Assembly: GCF_009914755.1 (NCBI RefSeq)
Contig: NC_060932.1
Strand: one strand, 5' to 3'
DNA length: 64,000 nt
From: the human T2T-CHM13v2.0 reference genome, Homo sapiens
Below are positions 39,958 through 51,729 of this stretch, one piece after another. Under the pieces are notes generated by a model. That model made no database searches and was not told the DNA's origin. It worked only from the letters and a program-made list of their open reading frames with translations. Numbering within the stretch: position 1 is the first letter of the stretch; each line of letters begins with the position of its first letter. A program made the position numbers and the translations under genes.

Positions 39958-42464
39958 AATTACATCTGCCAATAGTTTAGACATTCAAAAATAAAATTCC
40001 TAGAAATGAATTTAAGAAAAGAACTTCTAGACATATACTGAAACTACAGAAAATTTGAAATAAATTAAAGAAGCTCCAAGTTAATGGAAAGAGATCCTAT
40101 TTTTATGGGTAGAAAAAAGACTATTGTTTGTTAACATGGCATTATTCTGCATATTGAGCTGTAGGTTCAGTGCAATCCCTGTGAAAATCTCAGCCTTTTT
40201 TGTGGAAATTGACAAGCGGATCCTTAAATTTATATAAAATTTCAATGGACACAAAATAGCCAAAACCATCTTGAAAAAAAATTAACTCAAAATGGATTAT
40301 GGATCTAAATGCAAGACTTGAAACTATAAAACTCTTGAAAGAAAATATAGGAATAAATCTTGATGATCTTGAATCAGGCAATAGTTTCTTGGATATGACA
40401 ACAAAACACAAGCAACAAGAGAAAAAGTAGATATGTTGGATTTCATAAAAATTAAAGATTTTTTTGTTCTATGAATTGAAACCATCAAGTAAGTAACAAA
40501 AAAACATCTACACAATGAGAGAAAATATTTGCAAATCATATATCTGATAAGGGAATTGTATGCAGAATATATAAAGAACTGTCACAACTTCATATTAAAT
40601 AAATAACACAATTTCAAATGAGCAAGTGATTTGAATAAACATTTCTCAAAGATATGCAAATAGTCAATAAACACATAAAAAGATGTTCAACGTTATTAGT
40701 TTAGAGAGATGCACATCAAAAGCACAATGATATACCACTTCGCACTCACTAGAATCATTATAATCAAAAGACAGATAATAACAAGTGCTGGTGATGTAGA
40801 GAAATCAGAACCTTCATACATTGCTGGTGGGAATAGAAAATGATGCAACACTTTGGAAAACAGTTTGGCACTTCCTGAATGTGTTAAACATAATTACTAT
40901 ATGACTCAGCAATTCTACCTCTACATATATACCCAAGAGAAATGAGAACATATGTCTGCACAAAGATTCTACATAAATGTTATAAGCAGCATTATTCCCC
41001 AATGTCCCTCAACTGATTAATGGATAAACAAAGAGTGGTATATAGATACAACAGAATAATGTATTCAACAATAAAAAGAAATGAATAATCCATTCTACAG
41101 CATAGATGAATCTTGGAAATATGCTAAGTGAAAGAAGCCAATCACAAAAGACCACTTACTCTCTGGTTCCATTTATAGAAAATGTCCAGAAATGGCACAT
41201 CTATAGAGAAGAGACAGATTAGTGGCTGTCTAGGGCTGATGGAGTAGGAATGGAATAGGGAGCAATTGCTTATGGGTTGTAGATTTCTTTCGCAGGGTGA
41301 TGAAATGTTCTAAATTTGATTGCTGTCATCATTTTAAAACTCTGTGAATATACTATATACCACTGTGTACACTTTAAATGGGTGAATTTTATGAAATGTG
41401 AAGTACATTTCAAAAAGCTGTTATAAGATAAATCCCCACCAAAACAATACATTAAAAGGGTCCATAAATTGATAAGGGGGAAAGGAAACTTGGGTGCCTA
41501 GGCTTTCAGAAAATCTGATTCCCAAAGTGGTTTATTAGGGTGTGATTTTTTTTCTATGAAAGAGAGTTTTTCTACTTTACAAAAACATTCACAGTAAAGT
41601 AATGTTCTCTACCTTTGCATACCTATGTGCAGGTGAACACCAGTTAGGCCACTGTCCTCCAGCCCAAGCCCTTAATTCACAGATGACTGCTTCTGCCTCT
41701 TCTGAAAGTCCTCCCACTGTACTACAAGAGCTCCATGTTGAATGGTCCAACTTCCCTATCCAGAACTTTTCCAACACTCAGATTGGGATCTAGAGAGGCT
41801 CCTGGGGTTGGCAGAGGAATGAGGGCACAGGGGGATGTGATCTGGGTGTTCCTGAAGATAAACATAACACGAGGCCCTGGGGAAGTTGAACAGGGTGTGA
41901 GGGGTGGCTGCGAAGCAACCAGTGGGAAAGTAGGACTGGCACAGGAGCGCAGTGATGAAGGCACAGCCTGAGGGGAGGAGTCAGAAGAGAAAGAATGTGG
42001 GCCCCATTGGTGACTCGTTGCTGGTAATTCCAAATTGCCTCATACTTTAATTTCATTAAGGAAGATGTCTTTTTCAAGCATCATTTTCCAGAATGGATGA
42101 TCTGTTTGTAAAGTAGATAACCAATTCCCAGTGTAGTTGGTTTTTAATCTATCAATCAGGGTTGCTTTAAAAGAAATCTTATCTTTAGCCAAGAGAGCCC
42201 AGTATTTCCCCCATTTCGGAGGGGGAAAGTGATGCGCTGAGTGTTGTGTTTTCTCAGTTGCTGTAGGACAGGCAGGTGGTGCTCAGGGTGGCACCTGCCT
42301 GCAGGAGAAACTCTGGTTATTGTAACTGAGCTGTTTGTGTGCCCAGTGGAAGCTGACATCTCAGGAAACCAGGCTGGGGACTGGCCTGTCTCCCTTAAGA
42401 CACCAGCAGTAAGAATAACAGAGAAAGTGAAGGGGCATGACTCAGAAAGCCCTGAAACAGAAAT

Positions 42465-42590
42465 GAACCTATGAGGTTGTCATTTTGTAGATGAGGAACT
42501 CAGCCCAGAGAGGATAAGTGACTTGTCCAAGGTCACTCAGCCAGATGGTGACAGATTTGAAATGAACAGCCTGGCTTCTATCTTCCTGAA
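42465..42590 (-). mobile_element. MIR core
   Basis: CATTTTGTAGATGAGGAACTCAGCCCAGAGAGGATAAGTGACTTGTCCAAGGTCAC. Confidence 0.85.
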
Positions 42591-42689
42591 GATGTGCGGC
42601 CCCCAGGGAGGCCAGGTTGTCAACTAACAGGCACATAAGCATGCCTGCACCTGCTCTGGCATGCCTCACACTCAAATCAGAAAACCTGC

Positions 42690-42900
42690 TGCTTCGACCC
42701 GGAAGAGGAAATTAAATTAGCTACTAATTGGTTAATTGGCGACAGGCTCTGTAAGGTGGTAAGGGACAAATTAAGCTGGAGCAAGAAGCATGCGCTAGGC
42801 CTGACCATCTTCATTATCGCCGGCAAGGCCATCAGCCAGGCTGTGCCCATCTTCCCCAGGGAAATCTCTTAGAAGGATCCTGTGATCTTTTGGCTGTCAG
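42690..42900. promoter_or_regulatory. Candidate homeodomain-bound enhancer
   Basis: CCGGAAG, ATTAAATTAG, TAATTGG x2 (42725, 42733), GGCTGTCAG (42892); CpGs retained. Confidence 0.5.
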
Positions 42901-42998
42901 AGGAGTTATTCCTTTCTCTTCCTTTTTCTCTCTCACATTCGCCACCTTCTCCTTAGTTCCCATCATTTCACAAGCTGTGCTTCTCAGAAATCTAGTGT

Positions 42999-43243
42999 CA
43001 GTAATGTACTGATAAATGTTTAATGACTGGCTCTTTGGGGTGAAGAACTACGATTTGTCTGCTTTCCTTGGGACACCAGCAGTAAAAATAACAAAGAAAG
43101 TGAAGCATTTAGCAATTCATTTGGTGTAAATACTTCCACTATGGGCCAATTTCAAGGTACCAACATGATATCTACTGGCTTGCAAAGTTCCTGAAAATTT
43201 TGACTCACACAAGCTGGCGCCAGCTGTCTCCAACCCACCACTG
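42999..43243. mobile_element. MER63A-like (hAT-Blackjack) carrying an about 45-bp foreign insert
   Basis: CAGTAATGTACTGATAAATGTTTAA...GGTGTAAATACTTCCAC...TTTCAAGGTACCAAC...CCACCACTG. Confidence 0.8.
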
Positions 43244-43304
43244 AGAGTGTGCACAGAGATGAACAGGGCCACAGGAAGGACCTCATGATCAAATGAACAA
43301 GTAG

Positions 43305-43450
43305 GAAATTCTGCATGTTATGTAGACTCTGAGAAGTCCTGCAGAAAAGAAACATATTTAATCTAACTTAGTGCTTTCCTAACATATTTTGCCAGAGAAC
43401 CTGTGTTTCATAAAACACATATTGAAACCTCCTGGAATACTAAGGTTTCG
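43305..43450. mobile_element. Probable hAT-Charlie relic (MER113-like)
   Basis: CTCTGAGAAGTCCTGCAGAAAAGAAAC...TTTCCTAACATATTTTGCCAGAGAACC. Confidence 0.5.
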
Positions 43451-43588
43451 CTGACTTGAAAATATTATCGTAATATCATTATAGTGCAATTTCTGGGCAT
43501 GGGAAACATGCTAAGTGCATCAGATGAGACATGTAAGATATAGACCTTTTCCTCAAAGTAACCAAATCAAGATGGCAAATCTCAAGCA

Positions 43589-43946
43589 CAGTCATGTGTT
43601 GCGTAAGAACAGGGCTATGTTCTGGGAAATGCTTCATTCGGTGATTTCATCATTGTGGGAACATCACAGAGTGAGCTTACACAAACCTGGATGGTCTAGC
43701 CTACTACACACCTAGGCTATGTGGAATAGCCTAGTGCTCCTAGCCTGCAAACCTGTACAGCACTGTACAGGTTGTCATTGTACTGAGTGCTGTAGGCAAT
43801 GGTAACCCCATGGTAAGTATTTGTATATCTAAGCATATCTAAACATTTAAAAAGCACAGTAAAAATACAGTATCATAATCTTATGGGATCACCATAGTAT
43901 ATGCGGCTGGTTGCTGAGTCAAACATCATTATGCATCACATTACCG
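43589..43946 (+). mobile_element. Tigger3a (MER7A)
   Basis: CAGTCATG...TACACAAACCTGGATGG...CCTACTACACACCTAGGCTA...ATAATCTTATGGGA. Confidence 0.92.
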
Positions 43947-44599
43947 TATTAGGTGACTGGTACAGACCACGAGTACCACGAGATTCCAGAAGGTAAACAC
44001 CACTGCAGGCTGAGACCCATGCAAGGGTGTGGCTCAGCCAGGATAAAGGGTTTCCCAGGCAGAAAGGACTGCTTTGGCAAAGGTGAAGAGGTGCAAATTC
44101 TTCTGTATGTTCAGAGCTAATTAGGAGACCAGTGTGACTAGCATCGAGGGGCCAGTGCAGAGAAGTGGGGATGAGGCTGGAAAGATGGGTGGAGACATGA
44201 TTGGGAAAGGGGCTGAGATGTCTGGAGGAGGAGTGTGGGTATAGGGTCATGGCATGGCAAGGTGGTAACACAGAAGGTTTATATTTTTGGACAACACGAT
44301 TTCTTGAGGCTTTCCAGTCATTCAGTTTCTTTTTATTTACCAGGTGGATAGAGGTGGTCTTTCTTGACTTGAAGCTTGAAGAATGCCAGAGAAGTCTATT
44401 TAGCTCTGCCTATGGGGTCAGGTGGTTCTATCTTCTGACTCTGCATTGGCTGACAAGGATGTGAGTGTCAATATAGGGCGTTTCCCTCCTCCCAGCCCTC
44501 TGTGCTGGGCATTTGCTTGAATGCACACAGGGTCACATGTGTCCCTCAAGAGTTTCCATTCATCCACCCTGTGAACATGTATTGGGATGGAAAGGTTAA

Positions 44600-44790
44600 T
44601 ACTGAATGAGCATTTATTGAACCCTTACTTTATCTCAGGTGCTGCCAAGTACTGGAAGATTTATTTAAGTTTCCAAAAGATCGTAACTGGCCCAGGAAAT
44701 AGGAGGCTAAGCAAAATGGCACAGGCAAGATTTCTGTTTATGGCTCCCAAAGTGTCAATCCAGTGCTTGGATCCCAACCACACATCTACT
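44600..44790 (-). mobile_element. MIR/L2-type relic
   Basis: GCATTTATTGAAC...GTAACTGGCCCAGG...AAAATGGCACAGGCAAGATTT. Confidence 0.5.
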
Positions 44791-45429
44791 GCACTATCTT
44801 CTTAGCTTCAGATGCGACGTATGATGTACGCACTTTCTAGTGTATCTTTTGATCTCTAACTTCATCATTGTCCCCAAACAGATTCCAGATGAAGCTGCAA
44901 GGGAATAAACTTGGACTTGGTGCCTCCAGCCTGCTGCTCTGTACCCCTTTTCGTCCCTCAGTGGACAATGTGAACATGTAGTACTCACACTTTCCCTGTG
45001 CTCCAGGAAAAAATCTGCTCTCAAGAAAATATTTGAAACTTGTTTACTCTAAGATGCACATAAGAGGAAGTATTATAGCTTAAAGTAGCACCTTTCCAGG
45101 GTTATTTATATCTTTTTACCTTGGAAAAAACCTCAAAGCCAAAGGATTCCAACTCTAATTTGAGGATTTCAGGCATCTCAGATGATATAAGCAGTAGTAT
45201 ATCCAGGGCATGAGTGACACGTCAGTCCCCCTGCATGCCACAGAGGTGGCCACCTGCCCCATCTATATGAAAAGCTGGCCTTGATCTCTGTTCTCCAGGG
45301 CCTGCCATCATCATAACAAGCTCCAAACTCCCATCTCCCTGTGATTCCTGAGAAAAGTTTAGGAGGTAAGAGCATTTGAGTAGACTGAGGATACAGAGAG
45401 CAGCAGCCAGGCCATGATCAGAGAGGAAG

Positions 45430-45620
45430 CAAGTTTGATGAATTTGTCCATAGTCCTGAGTTCTAATCTCAGCTCCATCGGTTTCCAGTTGCCTGACCTC
45501 AGGAAAGATACCTTATCTGTAAGCTCAGTTTTCAATCTTTAAAACAGAACTTATCATACCCTCCTCGTAGAACAGTGCCAACATAGTGTGATAATGGGTA
45601 ATTCCTCATGATGGTGATGA
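45430..45620 (+). mobile_element. MIR
   Basis: CCTGAGTTCTAATCTCAGCTCC...TGACCTCAGGAAAG...CTCAGTTTTC. Confidence 0.7.
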
Positions 45621-46489
45621 TACTCATGCCCCAAGCTTTGCTGGGACACTAAACATCCCAGAGCTGGATTCTCTAAAACCTGGAATATTCCCTGCAGATG
45701 ATCTTAATTGCAGGCTATTAGTCTTCCCAGCAACATACTCAGGCTGCCAGCCCAAATGCTGTAACTTCACAAGACACCGAAATGTAGGTGAGGGCAATGC
45801 TCCTCTCAGGAGAATGCTATACTGGTGGTTGATCGACATTGACAGCAGGTGTGAGGAGACATTTTTGCTGGCCATCCAATATCTCTGGTCCTCTGGTAAT
45901 TCAAATTACTTTCCAAATGTCACTGCATCTGTCTGAATCTGACAGGTCTTCAAACCAGGGCCCTGTCTCAGAGTTTGAAGACCTGGACATATTCCTGAAG
46001 GGGCTTTTGATCTTCATTTCTTTCCATGTGGGAGGGTCCTTTGTCAAACAAAGGCCAGACTCATGAAACCTGCAGACAAAAAACCTAGTGACAGGTAGTC
46101 TGGCAGGTGAAGACAGTAACACTTCCTCTGCAGGCATCCGGCTAGTTGGATAAGATACATGACATTCCTGAAAATGAACAGTTGGAAAAATACTTATACT
46201 GCTCTTCCAGCCCACTACAGCATCATCCCCACTTATTTTAAAACTTGACTTCTAGTAACTTCCAAGATGTGCAAGCAAAGAAAGCCCTGGATACCTGAAA
46301 TAACTATTGCATGATCCCACACCAAATTCATGGACTGTATTGCTTGGAAGAAGAACCAAGAAACTCATTCAAGGCCTCCTCACTCTTGCTTAACATAAAA
46401 ATCTAACAGTCTCACATATTTGATTTCCTAGTCACAGCAAATTGGATGTTGCATGTATAAGACCTACAGGAGGCGGAAGAGGAAAGCTT

Positions 46490-46620
46490 TAGATAAAGCT
46501 CAATAACAGCAATGCGAATTGACAACTGACAGCCCGATAGTAGAGGAAATAAACAAAGTTAAGTGAGAAGAGGCATTGTGGGTGCTGGGCGGTCATAAAA
46601 ATTAGTCAAGGTCATGCAGA
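46490..46620. promoter_or_regulatory. Candidate enhancer (GATA, MEIS, FOX, posterior HOX, ERR/NR5A motifs)
   Basis: AGATAA 46491, CTGACAGCC 46526, TAAACA 46550, GTCATAAAA 46592, TCAAGGTCA 46606. Confidence 0.4.
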
Positions 46621-47329
46621 AAGAGTTAAATTCTGGTGTGTATCTAAGAAGGTGAGGAGGTGTAGAATGCATTTTAGAAAGTCTTCCATTCAGAATGGCT
46701 AAAATAAATGAAATTTTGGCTTTAGAAAGAACAAGCTTGGGATTTCAAGGAAATTCACTTAAGTGGAACACGGTACTCCCCTGACAGTGGAAGATAAATG
46801 AGGCTGCTCTGTACCTGCAAAGGCTGCCACGATGGGCTGGGAAAGTAAAATAGACCCCTGTAAACTTTTCAGCAGCTCATAATGTTCTGAAATTTCCCCA
46901 TATCCTCCCAACAGCAGGCTGGCCTGTGCCCTGCTGGAGGAGTTGCTGTGCGTGCATTGAACAGTAAGGCAAGAGCCTCTCCTTTAATGCCACCTGGCAC
47001 AGAGACGTGCCAGGCCCCATGGGAACAGATGCCATGAGATACCTTGCTGGGCATGTGGCTTCTGCTTCTCCTCTGCTGTTCCTTCAGCCTTTCACCTCCT
47101 TCAGCACAGTGCCCCCAAAGCTGGAGTGTCCATGTTGCTGACAGCTATCGACCATCAGCAGACCCTCAGCATTTACTCATGAGGCAGCAGTTCTCCAGAT
47201 TCTCAGAGGTTTAACCCAAACACACCCTACTCACACCACTCGCCTTGTAGAGCCACAGCCCCCCATCCAAGCTCCAGCGATGGCCAGGAGCTATTTTAAG
47301 GACACTGACCTAGGCTGGTCTCTTTATGA

Positions 47330-47500
47330 TAGTGGTTGTTCTCAGTGTTAGCTTACATATCAGATCCACCTGGAGAGTGCTTCCCAACCCACCACCACTA
47401 CTCAAGAATCAGCTCCAGTTGATTTGGGGTGGCCCTAGCATTCGTCTTTTTGAAAAGCTCCCCCATGATTCAAACGTGCAGCCAGGGTTGAGAACCACCA
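47330..47500. mobile_element. MER5B/MER5A-like (hAT-Charlie)
   Basis: AAAAGCTCCCCCATGATTCAAACGTGCAGCCAGGGTTGAGAACCAC terminus. Confidence 0.8.
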
Positions 47501-47647
47501 GCCTACACTGGAGCCAGATAGGAACAGATGTGATCTGGGCCCTCCAAGAAAGGCCTCCATGCCCTGATGTGTCTGCCATGTGGGACCGCAACTGAGGTGG
47601 AGGCTGGCTTTATTGAGCTACATAAAGGCCTTTAAAATTCATATACT

Positions 47648-47778
47648 GGCCGGGCACAGTGGCTCACACCTGTGATGCTAGCACTTTGGAGGCCCAGGTG
47701 GGCAGATTGCTTGAGCCCAAGAGTTCGAGACCAGTGTGGGCAACATGGTGAAAACCCATCTCTACAAAAAAAAAAAAA
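47648..47778 (+). mobile_element. FLAM_C-like Alu monomer
   Basis: Single left arm plus A tail; degenerate TSD AAAATTCATATACT/AAAATTAGATACT. Confidence 0.88.
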
Positions 47779-47914
47779 TTAGATACTGAGAAGAAGAGGG
47801 TAAAGAGGGGAAGAAAAGTGGGCTTGGTGTGTGGGAAGGGGAGTTGAGGCTCTAGAAAGCAGGAACCGTAGGGCAAGGGAAACCTGTAGATAAATGATCC
47901 ATCAAAAAAGAATT

Positions 47915-48055
47915 GGCCTGGCAAAGTGACTCACGCCTATAAACTGGTACTATGGGAGGCCCACGAGGAGGATTGTTTGAGGCCAGGAGTTCAAGACCAG
48001 CCTGGCCAACATAACAAGACCCTGTCTCTACTAAAAAAAAAAAAAAAAAAAAAAA
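47915..48055 (+). mobile_element. FLAM-like Alu monomer
   Basis: Single left arm GAGGCCAGGAGTTCAAGACCAGCCTGG followed by poly-A. Confidence 0.88.
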
Positions 48056-49849
48056 GACAGAGACTATTTGGAGGTGGAGTTTGGGGAGAAGAAGGTTCAG
48101 CAAGAGTCACTAAGAGCAGCTGCCTTTGCAAAATCAGGCAAGCATGAGTGGGAAGACATGGCGTCATGGACACTGCCAGGCTGGTAGGCTCAGAAGCTGA
48201 ACTTGTCGTGCCTTCCCTGCAAGGGAAGGAAGCAGTATGAACCACCAAGTAAGACTTTGCCATCTATGTTACCTGGATCAGGTTGACCTGGCCAGGTCAA
48301 GTGGTGCGAGTGAGATGGGCTGAGACTCCCAGGGGCTCCCTCTGGTTACTGGATAGGTGACTAGTGTCATGTAGGCCTGGCCTTATGTGAATCATTTGCA
48401 TTTTACTTAACAGGGACTTTGTAGGTATAAGGGTACTTTTTCAAAAACTCATATAGCAGAAAGCTCTGCTCTCATCCTAGATGCAACTGATGGCCTCCAT
48501 GCTCAGACCTACCTGCCCCAGCACCCTGGTATCCAAGTCCAGGGTGTCTCGTAGTCCCACCCAGTCTTCTTGACTTATTTTCACTCCTATCTCCTATCAA
48601 CAAATGGCTTACACGTCATTCTACATGATGAAATTAATTTAAAATAAGAAAACTGAGACAAAAAGAAAATATGAGCAGTGAGTGAGATTAGTACCAAACA
48701 TAGACACTTCTTGGAATTCAATACACCATCAGGGACGGGGCACCAATTTGGTTCAGTGTTTTCTAATCACCAAATGCAAATAAGGAAATGGGATCATGTA
48801 CACCATTCAGTGTCCACAACATTAAATCTAAACAGTCATTCAAGATAAACATAACCGTTCCTGGAACTGAAACCAGGCAGAAATGCCTCCCCTAGATTCT
48901 CGCAAAAGGGACTCTGTGATGTAGTGACTATAACATCCTCAAAGTAGCCTTTTTATAAACATGGCAATGAGTTTCACAGGTCTGTTTTTAAAAACATCTC
49001 TCAGTGTAGACTGATGTCATAATATCGAATTGTTGGCCAATTATTAAAAAAAAAATTCTACAGGAGCCAAGCACAAATGTTCTAAGTACCAAAGTCTGGC
49101 TTAATTAAAAAGTAGATTTTGGAGAAAGTAGAATGGCTGGACTGGATGATCTTAGTTTTACATGTTAGAAAACTGAAGCTCAAAACATTGTCCAGATGGT
49201 TCATATGTCCGTGTCTCCCAATAAAGAAAAGAGTAAGAAAGCAGATGAAGGGGTTTTTGTCTGTACTTTGGTTTTTTCACCAGGCCTGTGTTCTCATCTA
49301 GACGATACAGTAGGAGGCAGTTTATTGGGATTAGAAGGCTTTGTTGATGATTGCTACAAGGTCACAAGAAGCCTAAAAGTTTATACCTAGCCAACACCTC
49401 CCTGGGACCTTAACCTCAGCCTACCTTTTAGTTAGGTGGTGCACCCCATCCCCTCTCCAACCCCATCCCTGAACTGCTATTCCACGATTGCACTTCACCA
49501 TGGAGTCAGGTAGACAGCCCCTGCCCGGTGGCTCTGGGGTGGCATTCTGCCTCCCCCTGCGTGGCACATTCTACACTCTACACGTGCCTGAAGGTGGCCC
49601 CCAGCATTCACCTCAACTGCCTCCCACTCCCTGACCCTTGTTCCCCCTGTGGGCCCAGGAACTCAGAATGTGTCATGGGCTCAGGTGTGGGAGGAGAGTG
49701 GCAGTAGGGAATCTGTCTGGGGAAGAGGAAGAAAGAGAAGAAAAACGGCCCCCTCTGAAAGCTTTCCAATCATTCCAGCAGCCACCATCTCTAATTCTTT
49801 TCTTAAAGTATAAAATCATTCTTTCACTGATCTCACTCGTGGCCAGAGC

Positions 49850-50070
49850 TTAGTACAGGCCCATCCGTCACGGGGCTGATTTGGTTCAGCAGGTGTTGGC
49901 TGGGCCATCGCTCATTTCAGGCTAATCTGCTAGCGGCTGTCAGGGGTTATGGAGTATTTATTGAGTTTGTGTCAGGTCCGGATGACCAATAGCCAACAGC
50001 CGGTGGATACGCACTGACATTGATGATATTGCTGAATTAAACGAGGTGATGTATGCTCAACTTGCCTAGA
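49850..50070. promoter_or_regulatory. Candidate enhancer
   Basis: CpG-retaining, repeat-free; CAGGTG, TAATCT, GCGGCTGTCAG, CCAAT. Confidence 0.4.
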
Positions 50071-50429
50071 GCCAGAAATGGACCTTGGGATCATTTTATA
50101 ACCTGATGCAGATGATCCCAGGGCTTTCCTTTTCAAAGAAAACATGACACACATGGTGTTTCTAGTCAAAGAAAAAATACACGGTCCCCAGTGAAGGGAG
50201 CCATGTCTGTATGGAAATGAACAAAAGCATTTCCTGGGGAGACCTGAAGGAACAAATAAGACCCTCACATTTGGCAAACACCCCTCCATGCACTGCCAAG
50301 GCCTGTGGGGTTCACAATATTTAGATCTCAGACTTCACCAGAAAAAGACATTAATTGGTGACCCAGGCTCAGGACCATGAACATAAATCTGGTCAGAGTC
50401 TGCCTTTGGTGGCCACAAGATGTCACAGA

Positions 50430-50590
50430 CTAGAGCACTTGAGTTGAAGTCAAGCACTGCATTTAAAGCCCACCTCTGCCATTTCCTAGCTGTGGCTTTG
50501 AGCAAGTACATACACTCCTCAGAGTCTTAGGTTTTTTAATGCAAATAGGATAGTGATACTAACCAAAGAGCCAACATGAGGTCGTGTGGG
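50430..50590 (+). mobile_element. MIR
   Basis: CTCTGCCATTTCCTAGCTGTGGCTTTGAGCAAGT. Confidence 0.75.
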
Positions 50591-51269
50591 ACGCTGTGTG
50601 CGCTAATACCCACAGATGGTTTCTTACATTTGTTCTCTCTTTCCTTTTCTTCTCCTAGAACCACGCCTCTCTCCCCGACCTCACCCATCTCCAAAGCAAG
50701 ACATTACCTTCTCTACCCTTGCTGCCTATGCCAACAGTGATGGGGGTATTGCCCCAAAAGCCCATGGGGGCACCACATTCGCATGAGCAGAATTTGGCAT
50801 AAAGTGTCTGGCTTAGACCTCCTCCAAGAGGAAGGATCTCAGGAGTTAGCAATTCCACAGTCAGTCCTGTGGCCTGGCCCCAACATCAAGTCTCTAATGC
50901 CCTCATAGGAAGCGAGTAGGGGCAGTTGCTCCTTGCTGAGAATCCGAGCAAGAGGATATGTGATCGATGCTTGGTGTCTGCCACTCTGAGATATTGAGCA
51001 GTTCACTTGCACTGTCTGGGCCTCAGCATCTTGTCCTGGTAAATGCCCCCATGAGAGTGGCTGATCTCCAAGCTCCCATTGGTCTTACTATCCAGGATTT
51101 GTGACTAATTTGGGAGAAGCTCCTCTCCAAGGCCACCACTTCCTCCTTTAGGAGAGGCTCTGGGCTCTGGCAATGAGGTGGTCCCTGCCTCTCAAAAGGT
51201 ATATCAACAGGGGAGGCTTTCCAAAGGGCCAAGGTGTGGAGGAAATCAGGATTCAACATGTTCTCACTG

Positions 51270-51440
51270 CCATGACTAGCAATAGCTGCCATTTATTGAA
51301 CACCTACTCTGGGTGCCAGGCACCAAGAGAATGGTTTTCTCCATTTTGCAAACAGAGATACTGAGGCTTCAAGAGATGAAGTGAGGCAATGAGGCCACAC
51401 ATCTGGAAAGAGACACAGCCAGGATTTGACTCTCAATTCC
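51270..51440 (-). mobile_element. MIR
   Basis: CATTTATTGAACACCTACT...GTGCCAGGCAC...CCATTTTGCAAACAGAGATACTGAGGCT. Confidence 0.8.
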
Positions 51441-51729
51441 TCGTCTCTGCGGGTGGCAGGCTGCCCACTGATCTACCCTACCCAAGAGACACAGGTGACC
51501 CACATCACACTGAAGTATCAGCCGGTCTCAGATTTGGCATTAGAGCAATGCCTCCCTTCATCCCCAGGCATTCTGGAAAACTGCTAAGAAGCATAATGGA
51601 GTGTTTTACACTTCCCCTCCCACTCCAACACTCCTCCCCTCCCGTCTGCCCCTCACCACAGAAAAGGAGAGAATTAAACACAGGCAGTGAGGGAGGAAAG
51701 AAAGGACAGGACCCTGCACAATCGTCCCC

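Larger units (their letters stand above)
37160..41425 (+). mobile_element. Long degenerate L1MB-like element (5' UTR, ORF1, internally deleted ORF2, 3' UTR)
   Basis: AACCAAGAATTCTATATCCAGCAAAACTA (ORF1), CTGATACCAAAACCAGG (ORF2), GTGTACACTTTAAATGGGTGAATTTTATG (L1MB 3' end). Confidence 0.85.

Noticed and set aside
48600-49050. Possible ancient hAT transposon fragment
   Set aside because: Resemblance only; I could not identify termini or a family with confidence
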